Of a DNA stretch of 64,000 nt, positions 52,744 through 61,847 are shown piece after piece (the first letter of the stretch is position 1; each line of letters opens with the position of its first letter). Source of the DNA: an uncultured Eubacteriales bacterium (lineage in GTDB: Bacteria; Bacillota; Clostridia; Oscillospirales; CAG-382); NCBI GenBank assembly GCA_934446675.1, contig CAKSEL010000003.1:151318-215317 (forward strand). Reading direction: 5' to 3'. The position numbers and the translations under genes were made by a program. A model generated the notes under the pieces. It was not told where the DNA came from, made no database searches, and saw nothing but the letters and a program-made list of their open reading frames with translations.

Positions 52744-53103
52744 AAACCAATAATCAATTTGCGATGAAGGGAATAAAGCAGCGCAGACAGTATGTCTGCA
52801 GAGAAACGGCGGTCGGTGAAAAGCCGTTGCATACGCGCTGCCTCGTCAACCCCGAGCTATCTGTCCGAAGGCTTTTGTCTTTTGTGCTTTCCGTAAGTGC
52901 AGGAAGGCGCGTTTATCAAAAAGAGCTGTGTAGATACAGACGGAGAGTCACCGTTATATGACAAACCCGGTTGTCGGATCGGGTGAGCGGCCGTTCGGTA
53001 ATACGTTCGGCAAAAAGAGTGGTACCGCAGAGAATTTTTCAGTCTTTGTCTCTATTGTTTTGAGAGATGAGGGCTGTTTTTTTATACCCTCTCGGTTGTT
53101 TTT
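52744..53103 (+). promoter_or_regulatory. T-box riboswitch leader of ilvBNCD
   Basis: AGAGA bulge and GGTGAAAA distal loop (about 52797-52821). Stem GCAGCGC/GCGCTGC. Specifier-loop candidates CUC/GUC at 52842-52847. T-box sequence AAAAAGAGTGGTACCGCAG (about 53012-53030). Terminator GAGAGATGAGGG..CCCTCTC plus a T-run (53062-53103). Confidence 0.85.
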
Positions 53104-53131
53104 GAAAATTTACGGAGGTGCAATACATATT

Positions 53132-54793
53132 ATGATGCTGACAGGCGCGGAAATAGTTACACGCGTTCTCATGGAACAGGGAGTAGACACGGTTTTCGGC
53201 TATCCCGGAGGAACTGCGCTCAACGTCTACGACGCACTGTATAAGTGCAGCGACAAAATCAAACATTATCTTACTGCGCACGAACAGGGTGCGGCTCACG
53301 CAGCCGACGGATACGCAAGACTTACCGGAAAGACCGGAGTTGTGTTCTCGACAAGCGGTCCCGGCGCTACAAACCTCGTAACCGGAATTGCAACGGCTTA
53401 TATGGACAGCGTTCCGATGGTTGCCATAACCTGCAATGTCCCGACGCCGCTTATAGGCTGCGATACCTTCCAGGAGGTCTACATTGCCGGAATTACGCTT
53501 TCCATTACAAAGCATAATTTCACGGTTCAGAGCGTGGACGAGCTTGCAAATACTTTAAGACGTGCCTTTGAGATTGCGCAGTCGGGAAGATGCGGCCCCG
53601 TGCTTGTCGATATACCCAAAGACATTACCGCGGCGACTGCGGAGTATACCCCGAAACCTGCGGCAAAGAAAATTATACCTCCCACGAGATACGCCGACTG
53701 GGACGCCATTGCGGACGTCATAAACGCGGCAAAACAGCCGTTTATCTATTTCGGAGGCGGCGTAAGACTGTCTGACGCGGGCGCGGAACTTCGCGAGCTT
53801 ATAAATAAAGCCGATATTCCCGCGGCATATACGCTTATGGCAGCCGGAGTCCTCGGTTACGGCGAGAAAAACAACCTCGGTCTTATAGGCATGCACGGCT
53901 GCTTTGCGGCAAACAGCGCGGCTCATTCTTCCGATGTGCTCTTGGCTATCGGAACGCGTTTCAGCGACAGAGTTGCACTCAATACCTCAAAATTTGCAAG
54001 CCATGCAAAGATCATACATATAGATATTGACGCAAGCGAGATAAACAAGAACGTTGCCGTCGATTACAGCATTATCGGCGACGTAAAGGATGTTTTAAAG
54101 ACTCTGCTTCCGAAAATAAAAAAGACTACCCATGACGAGTGGCAGACCACTATTTCCGAGTGGAAAGCAAGAGATTACGTCCCCGAGGACAGCAAGACCG
54201 TCCTTAAACCGCATTGGATAATGAATACCATATGCGACCTTGCCGGAGACGACGCCGTATATGTAACAGACGTCGGACAGCATCAGATGTGGGCGGCTCA
54301 GTATATACGCCACGTAAAGCCGAGAAGCTTTCTCACAAGCGGAGGCCTTGGAACAATGGGATACGGTTACGGCGCGGCACTCGGCGCGTGCGTTGCGTGC
54401 GATAAGCAGAGACCTGTCGTGCATATAACCGGCGACGGCTCGTTCCACATGAATATGAATGAAGCCTGTACCGCAGTTTCCTATGACATTCCGGTAATTA
54501 CGGTAATATTCAACAATAACGCTCTCGGTATGGTGCGTCAGTGGCAGGCGGCGTTCTACGAAAACAGATTTTCTCAGAGCGAACCCGGCAGAGTTACAAA
54601 CTACGCAAAGGTTGCCGAAGGTTTCGGACTTACGGGATTCAAATGCACAACGCCCGATGAGTTTGAAGAGGCTTTCAAAAAGGCGCTGAAACTCAAAAAG
54701 CCAGTGTGGATAGAATGCGTTATAGATAAGGACGAGAGAGTTCTTCCCATGATACCGTCGGGCGGCACGGTCAAGGACACCATTATAGGTTAA
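53132..54793 (+). CDS. ilvB: Acetolactate synthase large subunit
   Basis: The track ORF 52958-54793 is trimmed to the ATG at 53132 (RBS GGAGGTG), because the extension covers the T-box leader. N-terminus TGAEIVTRVLMEQGVDTVFGYPGG. TPP motif GLGTMGYGYGAALGA..GDGSFHMN. Confidence 0.95.
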   Translation: MMLTGAEIVTRVLMEQGVDTVFGYPGGTALNVYDALYKCSDKIKHYLTAHEQGAAHAADGYARLTGKTGVVFSTSGPGATNLVTGIATAYMDSVPMVAITCNVPTPLIGCDTFQEVYIAGITLSITKHNFTVQSVDELANTLRRAFEIAQSGRCGPVLVDIPKDITAATAEYTPKPAAKKIIPPTRYADWDAIADVINAAKQPFIYFGGGVRLSDAGAELRELINKADIPAAYTLMAAGVLGYGEKNNLGLIGMHGCFAANSAAHSSDVLLAIGTRFSDRVALNTSKFASHAKIIHIDIDASEINKNVAVDYSIIGDVKDVLKTLLPKIKKTTHDEWQTTISEWKARDYVPEDSKTVLKPHWIMNTICDLAGDDAVYVTDVGQHQMWAAQYIRHVKPRSFLTSGGLGTMGYGYGAALGACVACDKQRPVVHITGDGSFHMNMNEACTAVSYDIPVITVIFNNNALGMVRQWQAAFYENRFSQSEPGRVTNYAKVAEGFGLTGFKCTTPDEFEEAFKKALKLKKPVWIECVIDKDERVLPMIPSGGTVKDTIIG

Positions 54794-54826
54794 TGACTTT
54801 GCGCGGAAAGGATAGTAATTAAAGAC

Positions 54827-55336
54827 ATGGATAAACAATATCTTATATTGCTTGTTGAAAACAACGCCGGAGTTCTTGCAAGAGTTTCATCGCTTTTCTG
54901 CCAGAGAGGTTTCAATATAGACAGCCTTAACGTTTCGGCGACAAACGATCCGAAAATATCTCGTATTACCATAGTAACCCACGGCGACGACAGAAAGTTC
55001 AGACAGATAATCCGTCAGACGGATAAGCTCATAGAGTCAAAGATGATATTCTCTGTCGAACCGTCGTTCAGTCTGTTAAGAGAGCTTTTGCTGCTCAAGC
55101 TTGAAGTTGACGACGACAGCAGAATAAAGGACGCCGAGAGTCTCGCGATAAAGCACGGCGCAAAGATAATCGACCGTTCCGTTGGAACTATCGTACTTGA
55201 GTTTACCGGAACGCCGGAGGAAATAGACGATATGCTTGACGACGCAAAGCGTTTCAAAATTGCCGAAATGTGCCGTACAGGCGTTACTGCTCTCGAAAAA
55301 GGCAAAGTATCTTATTCAATAGACCAAAACAATTAA
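54827..55336 (+). CDS. ilvN: Acetolactate synthase small (regulatory) subunit
   Basis: ACT domain LILLVENNAGVLARVSSLFCQRGFNIDSL. 169 aa. Confidence 0.9.
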   Translation: MDKQYLILLVENNAGVLARVSSLFCQRGFNIDSLNVSATNDPKISRITIVTHGDDRKFRQIIRQTDKLIESKMIFSVEPSFSLLRELLLLKLEVDDDSRIKDAESLAIKHGAKIIDRSVGTIVLEFTGTPEEIDDMLDDAKRFKIAEMCRTGVTALEKGKVSYSIDQNN

Positions 55337-55356
55337 ATTATTATATAAAGGAGTAA

Positions 55357-56373
<1,017 letters not shown>

Positions 56374-56474
56374 AAACATCGTAAAACAGTTTATCAGCCG
56401 CCCGGAAGTAAATATATTTTTGGGCGGTTCTTTTTACACAATTATACCGCTTAATTTGAAAGGACATAAATATT

Positions 56475-58142
56475 ATGCGCAGCGATAACGTAAAAAAAGG
56501 CGCCGAAAGAGCGCCCAACAGAAGCTTATTCTATGCAATGGGCTATACCGAAGAAGAACTTGAACGTCCGCTTATCGGAGTAGTCAGCGCACACAGCGAG
56601 ATTGTTCCGGGACATATTCATCTCGATAAAATTGCCGAAGCTGTAAAGGCAGGCGTAAGAATGGCGGGCGGAACTCCCGTGCTTATACCGTCCATCGGCG
56701 TCTGCGACGGCATTGCAATGGGACACGTCGGCATGAAATACTCGCTTGCAAGCAGAGAGCTTATCGCGGACAGCGTTGAAACCATGACAATGGCTCATCA
56801 GCTCGACGGACTTGTGCTTGTGCCAAACTGCGACAAAATAGTGCCCGGCATGGTAATGGCTGCCGTAAGACTTGATATTCCGGCTGTCGTTTGCAGCGGC
56901 GGTCCCATGCTTCCCGGTACATATGACGGACAGGAGGTCAGCCTTTCAAAGCTGTTCGAGGCTGTCGGCGCATACAAGGCAGGCATCATAGATGAAAATA
57001 AGCTTCACGAATGTGAAACCGGAGCTTGTCCCGGCTGCGGAAGCTGCGCCGGAATGTATACCGCAAACAGCATGAACTGCCTGTGCGAGGCTATCGGTAT
57101 AGCTCTTCCCGGAAACGGAACCGTCGCAGCCGTAAGCAATAAGCGTATAATGCTTGCAAAGCACGCAGGTATGGCGATTATGGATATGGTAAACAAGGGC
57201 ATTACCGCGCGTCAGATAATTAATAAGAAGTCGCTGCTCAACGCGCTTGCCTGTGACATGGCGCTCGGCTGCAGCTCAAACAGCGTTCTTCATCTGCTTG
57301 CCATTGCAAATGAGGCAGGCGTCGACTTTGATCTTAAACTCTTTAACGAAACCAGCGAAAAGGTCCCGAATCTGTGCCATCTTGCACCTGCCGGTGCCAC
57401 ACATATAACAGATCTTGACGCGGCAGGCGGAATCCCTGCGGTTCAGGCAGAGCTTATAAAGGGCGGACTTATAGATCCGTCTGCTCTTACGGTTACGGGA
57501 AAGACGGTAGGCGAAAACGTAAAGGGCGCATATATAAAGAATACCGATAATATCCGTCCGCTTGACAATCCGTACAGCAAGACCGGAGGAATACAGATAC
57601 TCTGGGGAAATCTTGCGCCGGACGGCTGCGTTGTAAAGAGAAGCGCCGTTGCACCCGAAATGTTAAAGCATACCGGACGCGCACGCGTGTTCAACAGCGA
57701 GGACGAGGCAATAGACGCAATATATAACGGAAAGATAGTTGACGGCGACGTTGTCGTTATACGTTACGAAGGTCCTGTCGGAGGTCCCGGAATGAGAGAA
57801 ATGCTCAATCCCACAAGCGCGCTTGCAGGCATGAAACTTGACAAGACGGTAGCGCTCATCACCGACGGACGTTTTTCGGGAGCAAGCCGCGGCGCGTCAA
57901 TAGGTCATGTTTGTCCCGAAGCCGCAAACGGCGGTCCTATCGGTCTTGTAAAAGAGGGCGATATGATTGAGATTGACATTCCGAATGCGTCGATAAACGT
58001 TCTTGTTTCGGAAGATGAACTTGCAAAGAGAAAAGCGGAGTACGTAAAGCCCGAACCTAACATAAAGACAGGCTGGCTTGCGAGATATTCTAAGCTTGTA
58101 TCGGGTGCAGACCGCGGTGCGGTTATGAAAAATCAGTTCTGA
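56475..58142 (+). CDS. ilvD: Dihydroxy-acid dehydratase
   Basis: Motifs [34 protein letters not shown] and [13 protein letters not shown]. Confidence 0.95.
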   Translation: MRSDNVKKGAERAPNRSLFYAMGYTEEELERPLIGVVSAHSEIVPGHIHLDKIAEAVKAGVRMAGGTPVLIPSIGVCDGIAMGHVGMKYSLASRELIADSVETMTMAHQLDGLVLVPNCDKIVPGMVMAAVRLDIPAVVCSGGPMLPGTYDGQEVSLSKLFEAVGAYKAGIIDENKLHECETGACPGCGSCAGMYTANSMNCLCEAIGIALPGNGTVAAVSNKRIMLAKHAGMAIMDMVNKGITARQIINKKSLLNALACDMALGCSSNSVLHLLAIANEAGVDFDLKLFNETSEKVPNLCHLAPAGATHITDLDAAGGIPAVQAELIKGGLIDPSALTVTGKTVGENVKGAYIKNTDNIRPLDNPYSKTGGIQILWGNLAPDGCVVKRSAVAPEMLKHTGRARVFNSEDEAIDAIYNGKIVDGDVVVIRYEGPVGGPGMREMLNPTSALAGMKLDKTVALITDGRFSGASRGASIGHVCPEAANGGPIGLVKEGDMIEIDIPNASINVLVSEDELAKRKAEYVKPEPNIKTGWLARYSKLVSGADRGAVMKNQF

Positions 58143-58167
58143 GAATAAATAACGGGAGTTTTGCACC

Positions 58168-58536
58168 ATGGCTTATGTGTATATGCTGCTTTGCGAAGGT
58201 AATACGCTGTATACCGGCATTGCGGCTGATGTAAAAAAGCGTATTTCCGCGCATATAAACAGGTCGGGCGCAAAATATACCAAAAGCCACGCCGCACTTA
58301 GGCTTGAGGCGCTGTGGGAAACGCAGAATCTCGGCGGTGCGGCAAAGCTCGAGTACAGAATAAAGCGCCTTGATAAGCAAAAAAAGCTTGAGCTTGTAAA
58401 ATCGCCGCAATCGGTGAGCCAATTGTTTCCGGAGCTTAGCGAAACAGGCTTTGAGGCAAAAGAATCTTTTGAAATAACCGAAATTAACCGCGCATTGTTT
58501 TGCGGAGAAAGCGAGAGACATAATGGCAAAGCTTGA
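58168..58536 (+). CDS. GIY-YIG nuclease family protein (UPF0213/YhbQ-like)
   Basis: The N-terminus YVYMLLCEGNTLYTGIAADVKKRISAHIN..GAKYTK..LEYRIKRL matches the GIY-YIG core. Confidence 0.75.
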   Translation: MAYVYMLLCEGNTLYTGIAADVKKRISAHINRSGAKYTKSHAALRLEALWETQNLGGAAKLEYRIKRLDKQKKLELVKSPQSVSQLFPELSETGFEAKESFEITEINRALFCGESERHNGKA

Positions 58537-58846
58537 AACGACAATAAACGGCAGTTTCAGTGAGATACTGCGTAAAATAGAAAACGGAATCCTCGGCGGC
58601 AGCATTTCGGCAAGCCTTGAAGATTCCAGCGATTTTTATATTGACGGCGCAAGGTGCAGCGTCAGGGTATTTGAGCGGTACAGCTATCTCGGAAAGAACC
58701 GCGTCAGCATGAATGTAACGCTTTTCGGAAACGACGGAAAGGTGTATCTTTCCGCAATAACCTCCGGCGGCAGCCAAGCCGTGTTTTTCAAGATCAATAC
58801 CTTCGGCGAAGAGGCGTTTCTCGATAAGCTTCGGGAAATTCTGTGA
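58523..58846 (+). CDS. Hypothetical 107-aa protein, translationally coupled to the GIY-YIG gene
   Basis: The ATG at 58523 overlaps the upstream gene by 14 nt. No motif recognised. Confidence 0.5.
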   Translation: MAKLETTINGSFSEILRKIENGILGGSISASLEDSSDFYIDGARCSVRVFERYSYLGKNRVSMNVTLFGNDGKVYLSAITSGGSQAVFFKINTFGEEAFLDKLREIL

Positions 58847-58865
58847 CGGCGCGCCGCAAGAGCAT

Positions 58866-58894
58866 TTGACAAATATATAAACATAGTATATAAT
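58866..58894 (+). promoter_or_regulatory. Consensus sigmaA promoter driving the small hydrophobic ORF
   Basis: TTGACA (58866-58871), 17 nt, TATAAT (58889-58894). The first 16 nt are identical to the rplJ promoter at 59221-59236. Confidence 0.65.
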
Positions 58895-58985
58895 TAACCC
58901 TGCCGGTGTAAAAATCGGCAGGGCAAGTTCTCTTAACGGTGGATATCACCGGCGGTTGTGCCATTCCCGAAAGGGGGTGGTTGTT

Positions 58986-59057
58986 ATGAACAAATACATA
59001 GGATTTGTTTTCTTTGTACTTATCATAGCGATAGCTTTTTCAATAAAAGCAAACTAA
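58986..59057 (+). CDS. Candidate type I toxin: 23-aa hydrophobic peptide
   Basis: RBS AAGGGGGTGG (58971-58980). The peptide is MNKYIGFVFFVLIIAIAFSIKAN. The structured 5' UTR has hairpins at 58897-58922 and 58936-58952, and CCCGAAAGGG overlaps the SD. Confidence 0.45.
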   Translation: MNKYIGFVFFVLIIAIAFSIKAN

Positions 59058-59169
59058 CCGCCCCACTCGTCAAAATGTAGCGGTTAGTTTAAACTTAAAC
59101 ATTTTGGCATAACCGTTTGAGGTCTTGCCTTTGTACTTACATTATATGCCGCGCACACGGTTTTGTCAA
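59042..59169 (-). ncRNA. Candidate antisense (antitoxin) sRNA with its promoter
   Basis: Minus-strand TTGACA (59164-59169), 17 nt, TATAAT (59141-59146). The predicted ~90-nt transcript runs from about 59134 through the hairpin CTAACCGC..GCGGTTAG (59054-59087) to a T-rich tract, overlapping the 3' end of the small ORF. Confidence 0.45.
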
Positions 59170-59220
59170 CAGCTTTTTATAAAAACTTTTATGCCGGCAA
59201 AAAAATATTGATAAAACCAC

Positions 59221-59410
59221 TTGACAAATATATAAAACTGTGGTATCATACTCACGTTGACCTGAGAAAACAGGCAGTGCAATGCACTCTAACGGTTAAT
59301 ACCGCCTGTCGAGGAAGATGTAATTTAAAGAATATCGTAAAATATTCTCCCGTACATTGTCCTTTTTCTATGGTCGAAAAAAGGGCATTTTTTATTTGGG
59401 AGGTGAACAT
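59221..59410 (+). promoter_or_regulatory. rplJ promoter and ~160-nt structured leader (position of the ribosomal protein L10 leader)
   Basis: TTGACA (59221-59226), 17 nt, TATCAT (59244-59249), then a long 5' UTR before rplJ. The L10-leader consensus was not verified by eye. Confidence 0.5.
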
Positions 59411-59923
59411 ATGCCAAGCGCAAAGATTCTTGAACAGAAGCAGAAAATGGTCGCAGAACTCGCAGAAAAGATGAAGAACGCCAAGAGCGGCGTTATCGTT
59501 GACTACTGCGGAATCACTGTTGACAAGGACACAGCACTCAGAGCTGAGCTCCGCAAGGCAGGCGTTGATTACACCGTAATCAAGAACACCTACATCAAGA
59601 AGGCGGCAGATATCGCAGGTATAAGCGGTTTCGAGCCTTTCCTTGAAGGTATGACTGCTTTCGCACTCAGCAACGAAGATCCGCTCGCTCCTGCAAAGAT
59701 CCTCTGCAAATTCGCTGAGGATAACGAGACCTTCAAAGTAAAGGTCGGTATCATGGACGGCGCGATCATGGACGCTAAAGAGGTTGAAGCTCTTTCCAAG
59801 ATTCCTTCAAAGGAAGTTCTTATCGGAAAGGTACTCGGCAGCATTCAGGGTCCTCTGTACGGTCTTGCTTACGTACTTCAGGCAAAGATCGACAAGGAAG
59901 GCGGCGTTCCTGCCGCAGAATAA
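59411..59923 (+). CDS. rplJ: 50S ribosomal protein L10
   Basis: The track ORF 59357-59923 is trimmed to the ATG at 59411 (RBS GGGAGGTG). N-terminus MPSAKILEQKQKMVAELAEKMKNAKSGVIVDYCGITV. Confidence 0.95.
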   Translation: MPSAKILEQKQKMVAELAEKMKNAKSGVIVDYCGITVDKDTALRAELRKAGVDYTVIKNTYIKKAADIAGISGFEPFLEGMTAFALSNEDPLAPAKILCKFAEDNETFKVKVGIMDGAIMDAKEVEALSKIPSKEVLIGKVLGSIQGPLYGLAYVLQAKIDKEGGVPAAE

Positions 59924-60011
59924 GCTTTGCACGGGCGGCTTAGCGTGAATATACGCACTTTAAAAGTCCCGGCTGAAAAAATAATTTTTGAAAAAACGGA
60001 GGTAATTTAAA

Positions 60012-60386
60012 ATGGCATCAGAAAAGTCACTTCAGATTCTTGAAGAAATCAAGACACTTACCATACTTGAACTTGCAGACCTTGTAAAGGCACTCGAAGA
60101 GGAATTCGGCGTATCCGCAGCACCCGTAGCAGTAGCAGGCGGCGCAGCAGCTCCCGCAGCAGCAGCTGAGGAGCAGACCGAGTTCAACGTAATCCTCGCA
60201 GACGCAGGCGCTTCCAAGCTCGGCGTTATCAAGGTTGTTCGTGAAATCACCGGCCTCGGTCTTAAGGAAGCTAAGGATCTCGTTGAGTCCGCTCCTAAGG
60301 CTCTCAAGGAAGGCGTTTCCAAGGAAGAGGCTGACAAGCTCAAGGAACAGCTCGTTGCAGCCGGCGCAACTGTTGAAATCAAGTAA
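60012..60386 (+). CDS. rplL: 50S ribosomal protein L7/L12
   Basis: [26 protein letters not shown], an Ala/Pro hinge, and [24 protein letters not shown]. Confidence 0.97.
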   Translation: MASEKSLQILEEIKTLTILELADLVKALEEEFGVSAAPVAVAGGAAAPAAAAEEQTEFNVILADAGASKLGVIKVVREITGLGLKEAKDLVESAPKALKEGVSKEEADKLKEQLVAAGATVEIK

Positions 60387-60424
60387 TTTCAGCATAACGG
60401 CTAAAATAAAAAATGCTTTTTTGA

Positions 60425-60453
60425 CCGCGGTCGGATCTCCGGCTGCGGTTTTT
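60425..60453 (+). terminator. Intrinsic terminator of rplJL
   Basis: CCGCGGTCGG ATCT CCGGCTGCGG followed by TTTTT. Confidence 0.7.
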
Positions 60454-60547
60454 CTGTTTCTTGCGGCAATATCCGGGAAAATTTCAGCCGTAATTGCACT
60501 TTGTGTTAAAATTTGACGTTTTGAAATTTAAATCTTTTGCAGGTTTG

Positions 60548-60576
60548 TTGACATAAAATGCAACCCGTAGTATAAT
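60548..60576 (+). promoter_or_regulatory. Consensus sigmaA promoter of the COG0523 pair
   Basis: TTGACA (60548-60553), 17 nt, TATAAT (60571-60576). No convincing Zur-type palindrome was recognised nearby. Confidence 0.6.
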
Positions 60577-60619
60577 GCTATTCAGGGAAATTATTTTTAT
60601 TAAACGGAGATGTTTAAAC

Positions 60620-61819
60620 ATGACTACCATTGATATTTTTTCCGGATTTCTCGGTGCCGGAAAGACTACGCTTATCAAAAAGCTCATTAAAGAAGGATAT
60701 AAAAACCAAAAGCTCGTGCTTATAGAAAACGAGTTCGGCGAAATAGGCATTGACGGCGGATTTTTAAAGGATTCCGGCGTGCAGATAAACGAAATGAATT
60801 CAGGCTGTATCTGCTGCAGCCTTGTCGGCGACTTTACAAAGGCGCTCAAACAGGTTATCGACGAATATAAGCCGGACAGAATTCTTATTGAGCCGTCGGG
60901 TGTAGGCAAGCTCAGCGACGTTATAAGAGCGGTTCGCGACGCGGGCGCTTCGGGTGCCGTTCTCGGTTCGTTCACCACGGTTGCCGACGTTACAAAGTGC
61001 AAGATGTATATTAAGAACTTCGGCGAGTTCTATAACGATCAGGTTGAAAATGCCTGCACGATTATTCTCAGCCGTACCGATAACGTTCCGCAGTATAAGA
61101 TCGACGCCGCAGTTGCGCTTCTTCGCGAGCATAACAAGGACGCCGTTATAATCACAACTCCCTGGGACGAGCTTTCCGGCGAGCAGATAGTTTCAGCCAT
61201 GGAAAACAGAAGCACACTCGAAAAAGAGCTTGAACGCCTTGAACACGAGGAGCATGAACATCATCACCATGATGAAGATGAGGACGAACATGAGCACCAT
61301 CACCACCACGATCATGATGACGATGATGACGATGACGAGTGCTGCTGCGGACATCACCACCATGACGGCGATGATGAGCATGAACACGAGCATGAACATC
61401 ATCATGACCACGACCACGATCACGAGTGCTGCCACCATGACCACGACGAAGATGAGGATGAACACGAACATCATCATCACGACCATGACCATGACGGAGA
61501 ATGCTGCCACGGACACCATCATCATCACCACGCTGACGAGGTGTTTACGAGCTGGGGCGTTGAAACAACGCATAAATTCACGCCCGAACAGATACTTGAC
61601 TGCTTAAAGGCTCTTGAGAATGATGACGAATACGGCACGATACTCAGAGCAAAGGGTATTGTCGAAAACGCAAACGGCGGCTGGATACACTACGATTATG
61701 TTCCGGGCTGTCCCGACGTAAGAAGCGGAAGCGCCGATATTACCGGAAGAATCTGCGTTATCGGCTCTAAGATTGACGAAAATAAGCTTGCCGCACTTTT
61801 CGGAGTCGCAGCAAAGTAA
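60620..61819 (+). CDS. COG0523 (CobW/YciC/ZigA-type) metallochaperone GTPase with very long His/Asp/Glu/Cys-rich insert
   Basis: The track ORF 60575-61819 is trimmed to the ATG at 60620. Walker A GFLGAGKTT, CxCC motif GCICCS, insert at about 61241-61536, and a CobW_C-like end (ILRAKGIVEN..GWIHYDYV). Confidence 0.85.
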   Translation: MTTIDIFSGFLGAGKTTLIKKLIKEGYKNQKLVLIENEFGEIGIDGGFLKDSGVQINEMNSGCICCSLVGDFTKALKQVIDEYKPDRILIEPSGVGKLSDVIRAVRDAGASGAVLGSFTTVADVTKCKMYIKNFGEFYNDQVENACTIILSRTDNVPQYKIDAAVALLREHNKDAVIITTPWDELSGEQIVSAMENRSTLEKELERLEHEEHEHHHHDEDEDEHEHHHHHDHDDDDDDDECCCGHHHHDGDDEHEHEHEHHHDHDHDHECCHHDHDEDEDEHEHHHHDHDHDGECCHGHHHHHHADEVFTSWGVETTHKFTPEQILDCLKALENDDEYGTILRAKGIVENANGGWIHYDYVPGCPDVRSGSADITGRICVIGSKIDENKLAALFGVAAK

Positions 61820-61847
61820 AAAATCTTTGGAATACGGGTAAAGTATA

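Noticed and set aside
52479-52832. 117-aa minus-strand ORF as a possible MazE-type antitoxin for the MazF gene
   Set aside because: It overlaps the divergent ilv promoter and T-box start, ends 45 nt before mazF and has no RBS. Its sequence (MQRLFTDRRFSADILS..) shows no RHH/AbrB-like antitoxin character.
52958-53131. N-terminal 58-codon extension of ilvB given in the ORF track
   Set aside because: The extension spans the T-box sequence and the leader terminator. The ATG at 53132 has a GGAGGTG RBS and yields the canonical acetolactate synthase N-terminus.
60500-60620. Zur/Fur-type operator at the COG0523 promoter
   Set aside because: I looked for an AT-rich 7-1-7 or 9-1-9 palindrome around the -35/-10 and the downstream AAATTATTTTTATTAAA tract. 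No convincing inverted repeat was found, so no operator is called.
61193-61607. ORFs 61193-61573 (-) and 61230-61607 (+, alternative frame) within the His-rich region
   Set aside because: They are artefacts of the CAY/GAY codon repeats that encode the His/Asp tract of the COG0523 gene. They translate to Met/Val/Thr/Ile low-complexity strings.
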